From Octopus sinensis (lineage: Eukaryota), in NCBI RefSeq assembly GCF_006345805.1, contig NC_043000.1:34906001-34970000 (forward strand): DNA of 64,000 nucleotides. Direction: 5' to 3'. Positions 1 through 11,689 of the stretch are shown here, one piece after another; the first letter of the stretch is position 1, and every line of letters begins with the position of its first letter. The translations under genes were made by a program, and so were the position numbers. The notes under the pieces are model-generated. The model searched no databases, was not told where the DNA came from, and was given only the letters and a program-made list of their open reading frames with translations.

Positions 1-899
1 TAGTGTAGTGGTGGTGTAGATATATATATATGGGTGGGTGTGTGGGTGTGTTATATATATAGAAATTGCCAGCTTTGTGCCAACATTAGGAGTATTGCCT
101 CATGGAGGCAATGATAAATGACCAAGACCTTTAGCATTATGCCATGCATGAGATGAAGACCCATCAAGCAAAGAATAAATCATAATTGGTAGAACACCGG
201 ACTAAATATGTTGAGGTTATTTGGTGAGAAACCCCGGAGATTCTGAGTTGGAATCCTGTCAAAGTGCCGGTCAAATCCTGATTTCATTTCAAATCATGTG
301 ATTAAACTCCTTCCTTTAAAATATGTGGCTGTTGGACTGTAATAAAGACCAGCAAGTATTTGTTCTCCACATGTTTTGAGTTGAAACCCTGCCGAAGTCA
401 ATTTTGCCATTCGGCCCTCCAGCATCAATGAAATAAAGTACCAATTTAGTACAAGGGTCAATGTTACCAACTATCTCTCCACATCCTCAAAATTGCTGGC
501 CTTGTCTTGAAATTAGAAACAGTTACAGGTGCATTGCATATTGATAGACTGATCTGAGTGTTGTATAAAATACTTTGCATTATTTTTAGTCTCTCTGTCC
601 TGAGTTCAAATCCTGCCTTCCATGCCTGTGCTCTTGATAAAAGCACTGGGACCAGTAGTATCGACTAACCATGCCTTTCCTTCAAAATTGCTGGCCTTGT
701 GCCTCAATTAGAGACCGTTGGGGTGGTGCGAATGGAGAGCAACAATTTTTTGATATGTAAAATCCAAGTTTTGGTTTCAAATTCCTGTTGGAATTGCTTC
801 AATTAATCCCTTTTGGCAAGTGTAAGGAGCACAACTATTTCTTTTCTCTTGGCTATTTTGTATATTTACAATAATAAAAATAATGATAGTAATATATAT

Positions 900-957
<58 letters not shown>

Positions 958-961
958 ATAG

Positions 962-1388
962 CATCATCATCATTGTTGTCATTTAACGTCCACTTTCCAT
1001 GCTGGCATGGTTTGGATGGTTTGACACGGACTGGCAAGCCAGATGGCTGCACCAGGCTCCAATCTGATCTGGCAAAGTTTCTACAGCTGGATGCCCTTCC
1101 TAATGCCAACCACTCCGAGAGTGTAGTGATTGCTTTTTACATGCCACCGACATGAGGGCCAGTCAGGCGGTACTGGCATCGACCATGTATGAATGGTGCT
1201 TTTTATGTACCACCAGCACAAGAGCCAGTCAGCTGGCACTGCCAATGGCCATGCTTGAATGGTGCTTTTTACATGTCACTGGCACAGGAGCCAGTCAGGT
1301 GGCACTGCCAGCGGCTACACTTGAATGGTACTTTTTACATGTCACTGGCACAGGAGCCAGTCAGGTGACACTTGAATGGTACTTTTTA
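962..1388 (-). mobile_element. RTE-tail repeat (SINE/RTE 3' end) with internal ~60-bp tandem repeats
   Basis: Reverse complement of the recurrent 3' end ...aagggcatccagctgtagaaac...ccatgccagcatggaaagtggacgttaaatga(tga)n also seen at 2100-2270, 5250-5375, 44500-44650 and 62100-62250. 1155-1388 holds about 4 copies of gagccagtcag...ttgaatggtgcttttt. ORF 1152..1919 is this repeat plus microsatellite. Confidence 0.8.
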
Positions 1389-1389
1389 C

Positions 1390-1390
1390 C

Positions 1391-1421
<31 letters not shown>

Positions 1422-1818
1422 ATATATGAATATATATATATATACGTATATATGTGTATATGCATATATGTACGAATATATATATATATATGTGTGTGTG
1501 TATATATGTATATATATGTGTATATATATTTATATATATATGTGTGTATGTATATGTGTACATATGTATGTATATATATATGTGTATATATATTTATGTG
1601 TGTGTGTGTGTGTGTGTGTATGTATACATATGTATATATGTGTATATATATTTATATATATGTGTGTGTGTGTATGTATACATATGTATATATGTGTGTA
1701 TATATATTTATATGTGTGTGTGTGTATGTATACATATGTATATATGTGTATATATATATTTATATATATGTGTGTGTGTGTGTCTGTATACATATGTATA
1801 TATGTGTATATATATATT

Positions 1819-1859
<41 letters not shown>

Positions 1860-1920
1860 ATATGTATATGTTTATGTATATATATATATGTATATGTATA
1901 TATATATATGTATATATAGG
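1390..1920. repeat. Compound (TA)n/(TG)n microsatellite
   Basis: Directly visible; gives the spurious YI/VC-rich ORFs. Confidence 0.97.
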
Positions 1921-1924
1921 TAAT

Positions 1925-2272
1925 AGATGCCAGTGGCATGTAAAATATACCTTTTGAACGTTGGGCCTCTTGGAGGCAATGACGGATGACCGAGACCGTT
2001 GGTATTATGCTGTGCTTGAGAGGAAGACCCATCAAGCCAAGTAAAATTATAATTGTGGCAGGTACTGATGTTACACACCTGACACCCATGCTAGTGGCAT
2101 GTAAAAGCACCCATTGCACTCTCAGAGTGGTTGGCATTTGGAAGGGCATCCAGCTGTTGAAACCATGCCAAATTAGACTGGTGTCTGGCGCTGCCCCTCA
2201 GCTTGCCAGCCCTGGTCAAACCCTCCAACCCATGCCAGCATGAACAACGGACATCAAATGGTGATGATGATA
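1925..2272 (+). mobile_element. RTE-tail repeat (SINE/RTE 3' end)
   Basis: Same family as 962-1388 in opposite orientation; ends in a gatgatga tail. Confidence 0.8.
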
Positions 2273-2276
2273 CATA

Positions 2277-2502
2277 TGAGTTCTTTTACAGGGTTTAGAA
2301 AAACTGAAGGACTGCTGCAATAAGTGTGTGAATCTGTTGTGTATAATCATAATTAACTGACCCTCCTGTATTTTCTTTTACCCGAAAAAAGAAAATACTG
2401 GAGGATCAGTTAGTTATGACTTTATTCAATATATTTCCTTCTCAGATTCACACATTTACTGCAGCAGTCTTTTAAGTTTTCTAAACCCTGTAAAAGAACT
2501 CA
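2277..2502. mobile_element. Foldback MITE, probably Tc1/mariner-derived
   Basis: TA|TGAGTTCTTTTACAGGGTTTAGAAAA ... TTTTCTAAACCCTGTAAAAGAACTCA|TA. Inverted arms continue inward almost to the centre; TA on both flanks. Confidence 0.8.
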
Positions 2503-2504
2503 TA

Positions 2505-2547
2505 TAATTATATATATATATATATGTGTGTGTATATATATCTATAT

Positions 2548-2617
<70 letters not shown>
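2505..2617. repeat. (TA)n microsatellite
   Basis: Directly visible. Confidence 0.97.
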
Positions 2618-2620
<3 letters not shown>

Positions 2621-2659
2621 AATTCAAAATAACACAGAGCAAAAGAAAAAAAACAAACG

Positions 2660-2790
2660 CATGAGAACATAGCACAAGCAGTGTAGTTGTTTTATGTTTT
2701 GAGCATAACTCTTCTTCAGAAAGAGGAAAAACAGAGAAGTCCAAAAGGGAAGGAGGAAGAAGGATGAAAAAAAATCACCAACACTCCATG
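2660..2790 (-). mobile_element. Penelope-like terminal repeat fragment
   Basis: ttttatgttttgagcataactcttcttcagaaagagg matches the reverse complement of 31090-31130 (ttttacgttttgagcctacactcttctacagaaaggg). The Penelope assignment is inference. Confidence 0.45.
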
Positions 2791-2874
2791 TGTGGTTATA
2801 TTTCTGAAGTGATCGGAAGTAGAAAGAATGAAGGGAAAGTGCTTTCTGGGGCAGGAGAGTGTGAAGATGGTTGA

Positions 2875-2928
2875 TGTATGTGTGTGTGTGTGTGTCCACG
2901 CTGCCATACACATACATACATGCATACA

Positions 2929-2978
<50 letters not shown>

Positions 2979-3117
2979 TACACACACACACATACACACA
3001 CACACATATATATACATATACACACATATACACTTACATACAAACATACGTATGTTAAATGATATATGTACACTAAGCGATGATGATGATGTGTGTGTGT
3101 CTGTGTATGTGTATGTA

Positions 3118-3150
<33 letters not shown>
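2875..3150. repeat. Compound (TG)/(TA)/(CA) microsatellite
   Basis: Directly visible. Confidence 0.95.
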
Positions 3151-3157
<7 letters not shown>

Positions 3158-3528
3158 TTTTTATTTCTCTGTTTCATTATTTAAATGAGAAATTGCTACA
3201 GTGGAATATATTCATCTGTTTGTCATTACACTGAATTTTCTGCATCATATTTGTCATGCAATCCAGTATCAGTGAACGTTGGTCATGTGCTTGCTGGCTT
3301 TGATGTCATTGGTCAGTCTAGTGTCAGTTGTAGTGGTCTGTCATGAATAAGCCTGCTATGATGATTTTATCTGTTGAACTTAGTGCTATTGAGGAGGGAA
3401 GCAGTAGAGACATTTGAATAAGGTTTTTTTTCTTTCTTTTTTTTTTATTTTTTGTTGGAAGATGTTTGTTCCTGTATATTCATGTTTGTATGGATCTGAG
3501 AAAATAGCTCAATAACGATGTTTATATA

Positions 3529-3750
3529 CTGGGTGTCCATAAATTACCTTTACAATTTTTTTAAAAATCAGGAAAAAAAGATTGATAACTCAGAGTTTAT
3601 AGGAAAACATAGGCAAACAAATAAAGTTTTATTAGAAACATCAGAACCCTTCCATGTGGGCTGCATTGATTGCATGCAACCTGTTGAGTTATCCTATCCC
3701 CGCCATCCCCTGAATTTTTCAAATTGTAAAAGTAATTTATGGACATCTTG
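3529..3750. mobile_element. Tc1/mariner-type MITE
   Basis: TA|CTGGGTGTCCATAAATTACCTTTACAATTT... and ...AAATTGTAAAAGTAATTTATGGACATCTTG|TA: imperfect ~45-bp TIRs with TA flanks. Confidence 0.8.
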
Positions 3751-3855
3751 TATTTTTTGTTTTGGCAAAGGAGACCATCCAACATTATGGCATGCAACTT
3801 CAGATTATTGACCAACTTTTAGTCATATCATTAAATGTTTATATCATACAAAGAA

Positions 3856-4230
3856 GTGGCTGTGTGGTAAGTAGCTAGCTTATCAACCACACGGTTCCGG
3901 GTCCAGTCTCACTGCATGGTACTTCGGGCAAGTGTCTTCTACTATAGCCTCAGTTTGACCAAAGCCTTGTAAGTGGATTTGGTAGATGGAAACTGAAAGA
4001 AGCCTGTCATATATATATATATGTATATGTTTGTGTGTCTGTGTTCGTCCCCACAACATCGCTTGACAACTGATGCTGGTGTGTTTATGTCCCTGTCACC
4101 TAGCAGTTCGGCAAGAGAGACTGATAGAATAAGTATTAGGCTTACAAAGAATAGGTCCTGGGGTTGATTTGCTCGACTAAAAGCGGTGCTGCAGCATGGC
4201 TGCAGTCAAATGACTGAAACAAAAGAATAA
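3856..4230 (+). mobile_element. tRNA-derived SINE, family A (ggctgtgtggtaag...gggcaagtgtcttct)
   Basis: Pol III A/B-box-like head, MIR/CORE-like gggcaagt motif, internal TA tract, 3' end cagcatggctgcagtcaaatgactgaaac. Copies at 11690-12250 and 41360-41750. Confidence 0.85.
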
Positions 4231-4355
4231 TTATATATCAAGATAGCAATGTTTTATCTTTTATATATAATTTTTGTTTTTGCATGTGGAAGGTACTCAA
4301 ATATCATCACCAAAAATGTACAGAAAATAGATTCCATCACATGTCAGGGGAAAAA

Positions 4356-5375
4356 AACTAGAAGTAGTTGATAGCTTCCATTATGTAGGTGACCAAGTCA
4401 GTAGCAGGGGTTGATGCTCTGAGAGCATAGATGCTAGAATAAGAATACACGGCAAAGTTCAGAGAGCTCCTACCTCTGCTAGTAATAAAGGATCTCTCTC
4501 TCAGAGTGAAAAGCAGACTGTATGATGTCTGCATGCGAAAAGCCATGCTACATGGCAGTGAAACATAGGCTGTGACTGCTGAGCACATGCATAAACTTGT
4601 AAGAAATGAAGTTAGTAGGCTCTGCTGGATGTGTAATATCAGTGTACATCCATGATAGAGTGTAAGCATCCTGAGAGAAAAGTTGGACATAAGATGCATC
4701 TGATGTGTGCAAGAGAGATGACTGTACCAATTTGGTCATGTGATCCATATGGATGAATGGGGACAGCTGTATGAAGAAGTGTTGTACTCTAACGGTGGAG
4801 GGAACTTGTAGTAGAGCAGACCCAGGAAAACATGGAATGAGTTGGTGAAGCACGAAGTACGAATGTTGGGCCTCACAGAGGCAATGATAAGTAACTGAGA
4901 CCTTTGAAGATATGCTGTGCTTGAGAAGACCTGTCAAGCCAAGTATGATCATAATCATGGCCAATGCCAGTGTTGCATAACTGGCTCATTAAAAGCACCC
5001 TTGAATCGTTGGGTGATAGATATGCAGTGCTTGTGAAGATGTGTCAAACTGAGTGAAATCGTAGTTGTGGCCATTACCAGCACTGTCTCACTGGCACCCA
5101 TGCTGGTGGCATGTAAAAAAGCACTGTTTGTGCGTTGAGCCTCATGGAGATAGTGACATGTGACCAAGACCTTTGGCAATATACCATGCTTGTGTAGACC
5201 TGTCAAGCCAAGCGAGACCATCGGTGTGGCCAATGCCACGTCTACATTCTTGGCATTAGGAAGGGCATCAAGTCATAGAAACCTTGCTAAATTAGATGGG
5301 AAGGAATCTAGTGCCCCCACCAGCTTACCAGTTTTCAGCCCAACTCATGCCAGCATGGAAAGCGGATGTTAAATT
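4356..5375 (+). mobile_element. Degenerate RTE-clade LINE, 3' RT region plus 3' tail
   Basis: Translates with stops/frameshifts to LEVVDSFHYVGDQVS...FRELLPLLVIKDLSLRVKSRLYDVCMRKAMLHGSET, typical of RTE RT C-termini; ends in the gcggatgttaaa/gat tail. Confidence 0.85.
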
Positions 5376-5598
5376 ATGATAATTTTTGTTCTTTCTTTCT
5401 TTTATTGTAATAACTTGTAACCTTGGCAAATGTATCTGAAATGTTGCCTATTTCCAAGATTTTTTATGGAAGTAATCTGTTACTTGGGATGTTAATTCCT
5501 TGATCAAGATTTTGAGATTTCTGCTCATAATGGGATGGAAGTTCCTTTATTGATATGGTGGTGGTGGCGTGAAACTAGTGTCAGCAGGTTAATTTTTT

Positions 5599-5680
5599 TC
5601 AGAACCGACCATGTTCAGTTATCACAGTATCATTGTAGCTAACCACTTGAAGGTAATCAACTGTATTAGAATAAACATAA
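5599..5680 (-). CDS. Candidate terminal coding exon of an unidentified gene: (D)YVYSNTVDYLQVVSYNDTVITEHGRF*
   Basis: Acceptor ataatttcag, frame in phase with the upstream exon 5895-5970, TGA at 5601-5599, and AATAAA about 190 nt downstream (plus-strand tttatt 5401-5406). No homolog recognised. Confidence 0.45.
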
Positions 5681-5894
5681 CTGAAATTATAAAAATGAAT
5701 TCAATGGTTTAATGAATGTATATTTATTGTGGTAAGTATACTTAATGTAGAAATAATAATTAACATTAGACCAATTAAGTGATCTTGTCTTACAGATATC
5801 AGCAAAGCAAATGAAGAATTTCTTTTATGAATGTGTAAACATTTGTAAAATCTTTATCTGATATATTAAATTGACATTAAATTTATTTTCATAC

Positions 5895-5970
5895 TCAATG
5901 GTTTTACACTTCAACAATGCAGTTGAGCTGAGAAATAATTTGATGATGCTGTTCCCCTGCTTGTTGGTGT
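5895..5970 (-). CDS. Candidate internal coding exon: xTNKQGNSIIKLFLSSTALLKCKTI
   Basis: atatttttatag acceptor and GTATGA donor; 76 nt; only one frame is open, and it joins the 5599-5680 exon in phase across a 214-nt intron. Confidence 0.45.
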
Positions 5971-6910
5971 CTATAAAAATATTTAGCTTCTTCGAAATGG
6001 CTGATCTTTCTCTTCAAATGCATACATGCATGTATTGCACATGCATACACACACATAGGCATGCAAGCACATGCATGCACATACACACCCAAATACACAC
6101 ATGTACAAACATTTGTGCTTACACATGCAACATATACATGTACACATACATGCATGCATACACACATGCATACAGTCATGGACGATCGCTGTAATTTGTT
6201 TAAAGAGATTTCATATCAGGAAGCCAAAGTGAATTAGGAAGAAAGCAAAAGTAAGAGAGAGAAGTGGTGGTGGTGGGGTTGGTAGTGTTAAAAATGAAAG
6301 TAGGGATTCCTGTAAGACATGCATTAGAATTTTATTAAAGAGGAATTGTCTGTTATTCAGAAATGCTTTGCTGATCAATAATTACTATGGCTGTTTGAAA
6401 TATATTTTTATCAAACTATGAAAAAAAAATTCTTTTCTTTACATGAGGAAAAATGAGTATGAAGAAAATCTGACTTCTGATAAAAAGAAAACTAAATAAA
6501 AATAAAATAAAAAAAGGAAAAATACAGGAAAAAATTGGTCAATGGAACTGAAAGATGGATTAAAAAAGTGACATAGTTTTGTTCCTAAACCTGCTGCTGT
6601 TGTTCCTTATTTGCTTTCCATTTTGTTTCTTTACCACTTACCAATATTTTGTTTTGGTTTTATCCCAACACTTTTTCTCACTTCTGTCTCCTGCTCTCTT
6701 CCCCTCATTTTAATATTTGTGACAAAATGACACCATGACTACATGTCTTGATTATTTCTCTTTTATTTAGGATGTTGATGCCTAATTTTGATGCTCCATG
6801 CCCATATTTGGTTTCAAGGATTAACTTGATCCCAAATTTTCATTTGTGTGTGAGATTATTTTTCTATATCTCAATTTGAATAAAATAGTTGTGTTGTTGT
6901 TGTTGTTGTT

Positions 6911-6945
<35 letters not shown>

Positions 6946-6946
<1 letters not shown>

Positions 6947-7178
6947 TCCTTTATTGCTCACAAGGGGCTAAACATAAAGGGGTCAAACAAGGACAGACAA
7001 AGGGATTAAGTCAATTACATCGGCCCCAGTGCATAACTGGTACTTACTTAATCAAACCTGAAAGAATGAAAGGCAAAGTCGACCTCAATAGAATTTAAAT
7101 GCAGAATGTAGCGGCAGATGAACTACTGCTAAGCATTTTGCCTGGGCATGCTAATGATTCTGCCAGCTCGCCACCTTA
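6946..7178 (-). mobile_element. tRNA-derived SINE, family B (ggtggcgagctggcagaa...ttagccccttgtg)
   Basis: Reverse complement of the element at 11716-11930; flanked by (AAT)n. Other copies or fragments at 200-720, 10650-10760, 14940-15110, 33652-33742, 44300-44390, 44660-45000 and 49070-49400. Confidence 0.85.
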
Positions 7179-7196
7179 TAATAATAATAATAGTAA

Positions 7197-7400
7197 TGCC
7201 CTGATGCAGTACCAGGCAGTGGGCCCCACCTGCAAGATCATGTGCTGATTATCTTGATATGAAATCACCATGTCACACACATATGGTTGTGATGAATGTG
7301 CCTGGGGTACCCTTATTAGACAGGTAGTCATGATGGGTATACTGGGCTTCATATATTTTATCACAGTGTCACTCTGATGGCATGCACTGCTCTCTCACTC
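7197..7400 (+). mobile_element. Repeat family C (ccctgatgcagtaccaggcagtgg...), internally deleted copy
   Basis: Both ends match the longer copy at 10048-10600; lies between (AAT)n tracts. Confidence 0.7.
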
Positions 7401-7864
7401 AATAATAATAATAAAACTAAGGCAATCACACTCTCCTAGTTGTCTTTCTCCAATGTACAGGTGCATGTTCAAAGCAGGCCCATTCACTTGGACCATTCCC
7501 ATCACTTTCAGCTACCATTCAACAAATTTGCTGGGCAGCACCACTTACCTCTCCATCTTCGTTTTCTTGTTCAAGTTGATGAGAGCTTGGCATAAGAGAA
7601 AGCTGTTTGTCTTCACCCATTTCAGTTTTATCGAACACACAAACTTTTTTGTCTAGGCCATCACACACTTAAAATCTGCCAGTCCTTCCCAGCTGAAGGA
7701 AGAGTGTGGGATAATCTTCAGAATGGACTCAGCTGATAGCCAGATCCACCCTACACACAAAAGTAACATAACTTCTGCACAAGTTAACAATAATGCTCAG
7801 GCATGGAATGAGTGTCTGTGGAATGGTTCTGTTGCCCTGCAAGATGATGATGGTAATTGTTTCT

Positions 7865-8155
7865 AATGGGACCTTCCCATAAAGAAATTGAAATGAATTG
7901 AGAAATAACAGGATCTAGCCAGAGAGCTAAAGAGACTGGAAAACTAAGACAACAAATATTCCTGTGGTAAGTAGTGCACTTGGCACAACACCCCAAATGC
8001 TATCTAAAAGACTGAAAGAGATTGGAACTGAGACTTGCACTGTCAACCAGCAGCAAAGTACCATCCTGTATTCTGGCAGAATCCTATGGAAGATTCTTGA
8101 GATTTGAGGTGATTTGTTGTCACAAAAAATCGAATTACCATGTACTAGCTCAATG
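7865..8155 (+). mobile_element. R4/Dong-like non-LTR retrotransposon, RLE C-terminal fragment 1
   Basis: Frameshifted translation resembling QDLARELKRL..KTTNIPVVSSALGTTPQMLSKRLKEIG...GRILWKILEI*, followed by a (GAT/AAT)n tail. Confidence 0.7.
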
Positions 8156-8229
8156 ATGTTGATGATGATGATGATAATAATAATAATATAATAATAATAA
8201 TAATGATAATAATACCTACTAGAAACTAC

Positions 8230-8797
8230 CATACAAGCACCCTTAAAAAAGGATCTGACCCCTCATGCAGAATTTGCAGAAAAAAAAGAGACAATTAATT
8301 GACCATGTTGTTTCTGGCTGCCCAGTCTTGCTGAAAAGGAGTACCTCATAAGACATGACAGACTAGGACAGTACATCCACAGGAATGCTTTTAAACCCTA
8401 CAAAATTAAATCCCATGATAAGTGGTACAGGCACCATCCAGAGGATGTAATAAATTGCAAGGGTGTCACCATCTTTTGGAACTTCCCAGTACAGACAGAC
8501 AGAAAGATTGACTCCAATTGACCAGACATTGTGATGAAAGACTACAACGGAGGAACTTGTCTGTTAATAGATGTTAATTAATGTCCCGCAGGATCAAAAT
8601 GTCTCAAGAAACGAATACGAAAAGCTTTCTCACTATAAAGATCTGTAAATTATAATCACAAAAATGTGGAAGCTTAGTTCTATGATAATACCAGTTGTAA
8701 CTGGTGCATTGGGAATGATAAAGAAGGGAGCTGAGAAGTATATTAAGCAACTCACTGGGAACTCCAATCTCCGTGAACTACAAAAGATAGCCTTAGA
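8230..8797 (+). mobile_element. R4/Dong-like retrotransposon fragment 2 (CCHC knuckle and PD-(D/E)xK RLE)
   Basis: CRIC...DHVVSGCP...RHDRLGQYIH...PDIVMKDY...LLID...EKLSHYKDL...IIPVVTGALG, with stops and frameshifts. Confidence 0.85.
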
Positions 8798-8799
8798 CT

Positions 8800-10010
8800 A
8801 CGAGAAGCACTGACCATCTAAAATGAAATAAATGTGGAGATAATTTTAGCATGCATAGCAAAACAAAAGTGCCCTTGCTACACTTGGTCTCCAGAGGATG
8901 CCCAGTACTAAGGCAGTTATAATGAAAGGAAATAATAATAAAATGGCAAAAGAGAGAGGCGAAGAAAATGGATACCAAGACCAGAAAAATGTTGACAGCA
9001 CATGGAATCTTGCACACTAAGAGTGACACTGATAGGTTGATCACTGTATTGAAACAGGGGAAAACATCTTAGGGTGGTATATAAAAAATGCTATGGAGCC
9101 ACTGTTGAAACACACATAGAAGGCTGGTGTCATCAAAACTGAAAATTGTGTAACTAAAGAGAAATTTAAACAAGAAATGAACAAAAGAAAAAGAAAAAGC
9201 ATGGAAGGAAAAGAAAAGGTATGGTCAGTTTGCAAGAGATATGAATCCCAAGACAGATATAGAGGACCGGTGGATATGGATGAGGTGGAGTGACCTGCAG
9301 ATGGAGACAGAAGCACTCATATGCACAGCTTGAGAACAAGCATTAAGGATCAGTTATATGAAGTGTAGTTTAGACAACACTAGCAATAGCGACAAATGCA
9401 GACTGTGTGGTGAGAGGGGTGAAACAGTTAGGGAACATCGTTAGCGAATACCTGAAATTGGCACAACTCAAATACAGAAGACGCCATGACAATGTGGCAA
9501 GAATGATCCATTAGAAGCTCGGTGGAATTATGGCCTACAAAGAGCAAAGACGTGGTGTGAACAAACTCCAGAAAGAGTTATCAAAAATGAGAACTGCAGA
9601 ATCCTGTGGGATGCAATGATCTAGTGCCATCACCTGACCAGACATTGGAAACTGGACATTGTTGTGATGAATAAAAAAGAAAGAACATGTATGATAATTG
9701 ACATACCATGCCCCGGTCACAACAGGATCAATGTGAAAGAAGAAAAAAAAAAAAACACCTATGATGATTTAAAGTGGGAAATCCGAAGGTTGTGAGACGT
9801 GATACCAATAGTAATTGGTGCACTTGGAAGAATCAGCACTCAACTACAAACATGGCTGAAAAAGATCGGAGCAAGTGTGAAGGTAGAACACCTACAAAAA
9901 TCAGCATTGCTTGGAACTGCAAGAATTCTTCGCAGGGTTCTTGAAACATGACCAGTAAACAAGTGTCACCTTAGTCAGCTGGCTGTGGACAGCTGAGAGT
10001 TTTCATATAA
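8800..10010 (+). mobile_element. R4/Dong-like retrotransposon fragment 3 (RT C-terminus, CCHC, RLE)
   Basis: MDTKTRKMLTAHGILHTKSDTDRL...YGQFARD...ETEALI...KCRLCGERGETV...RHDNVARMIH...ILWDAMI...DIVVMNKKERTCMIIDIPCP...YDDLKWEIRRL...IVIGALG...SALLGTARILRRVLET*; (AAT/GAT)n tail. Confidence 0.9.
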
Positions 10011-10047
10011 TGATAATGATGATGATGATAATATTAATAATAATAAA

Positions 10048-10600
10048 TGTCCTGATGCAGTACCAGACAGTGGTTCTCATGGTTTCTGATCTCAACTGAT
10101 TGGAAGTGTTATCACGTACATGTTTTACCATGGTATAAAAGATAGGCTACGGCACATATTCTATTCAATACCACAAATTCACTTGTCAGTCATTTGACCG
10201 TAATCAGTTGAGCATATCCCTTAGTTGCTGATGATATGGGCATCTCAGATCAGAAGCAGATGTAGTGGGGGTACATCATAGCCTGGTGTTGAGTGGAATT
10301 CTTTAGGGTTTGAATAATTCACTCCTGGAGACATGGGTGTTTTGTTCAACATCCTTGAACAACCCTTATTCAAAGACCTTTTAAAATGGGCTACTCAGCC
10401 TGAAGAAAATTCTAACTGGGACCCACCTGCGAGGTCATGTGCTGTTTATCTTGATGAGATCACCACGTCATGCACATATGGTTGTGATGTATGTGCCTGG
10501 TGTACCCTTATCAGCCGGGTGGTCATGATGGGTATATTGGGCTTTGTGTATTTGTACCCCAGTGTCACTTTGATGGCATGCGCTGCATATCATCTCTATT
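10048..10600 (+). mobile_element. Repeat family C, longer copy (SINE-like)
   Basis: gtcctgatgcagtaccagacagtgg...cagtgtcactttgatggcatgc; homologous to 7197-7400. ORF 10333..10653 lies inside it. Confidence 0.75.
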
Positions 10601-10843
10601 TATGTTCTGATTTCAAATATTTACATTGTGATTTCAAATTCCATCAAGGTTGATCTTACCTTTCATTGTTTTGGGGTTGATAAAGTAAGTACCAGTTGCA
10701 ATTGACTTACCCACTTCTCCGAAATTATTGGCCTTGTGCCAAAAATTCAAAGCCATTATTATTAGTTAATCTAATATCTTTACAAAGTTAGAATCTGAAA
10801 TTCTGAATCCAAATATGTGCATGTGTGCAACTGTGTGTGTACA

Positions 10844-10876
<33 letters not shown>

Positions 10877-11689
10877 CATATGGTATTGTACTAAAACCAT
10901 AAGAAATAATTACAGTAAAATACAATGATACACAATATTTTTTACTGTCACTTATTGATGTTGTTGATTTTTAACACACTGCAATAAACAAAACTGCAAA
11001 ATTGATTCTGATGAAATGTTTTTTATTTTATTAAAAGAACAAAAAAATTGTTTTGATATTTGTTTTGCTGTTATTTTACAGTTGATAACGAAGACTAAAA
11101 CCACAATTGTGGTCCACTGTATTTGTTTCTAGGCTGTTTTGGCACACAGCTAAATATTCTTCCTATTGTTATGTTGTCTCTCCATAAGATGCTTCTGCTT
11201 CTTAAGGATCTGCCTTGTATTATATATTTATTTAAAGTTGCAAGTGCTCATTATTTTGTCAATCTTTAAGAATAGAGTACATTTGATAGACAAAAATATG
11301 TTTACCTTTTGACAACTTCTTTCAGATAAGTTCATTTAGAAGAATTACCATTTCAGATTTCAAAACTTTTTTCTATTGAATACTTTTGAATGTTGTTTAT
11401 TTAAAGTAAAACAGTCAGATGATCACAACCTGCAAGTGTTAATCAAGTTTTTGACTCTCTATAAAATGTGTACATGTATATGCACAGATAGACATAGTAC
11501 ATATATACATATTAAAAATGCATATGCATACACACACATACATGCATGTAATTCATAGACATGTATATATATACAGATAAACATATAACTTTAGCCATTG
11601 TTCTAGGTAGTTAATGTGTATTCAATAGTACGATGGTTTAAAAGTTCTTTCTAGCAATGAGTGAAGACTTGTGGAAAATGTTGTTCAAG

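Noticed and set aside
1152-3234. Long ORFs up to 255 aa rich in YI/VC/HT
   Set aside because: Translations of (TA)n/(TG)n microsatellites and TE tandem repeats; the same applies to ORFs at 59040-59974 and other HT/YI ORFs.
7549-7750. Minus-strand exon with strong AG|GTAAGT donor
   Set aside because: All three frames from the nearest good acceptor contain stops; adjacent to retrotransposon debris.
11423-11434. TCACAACCTGCA, resembling the start of miR-67/307
   Set aside because: Only 12 nt match and there is no complementary arm.
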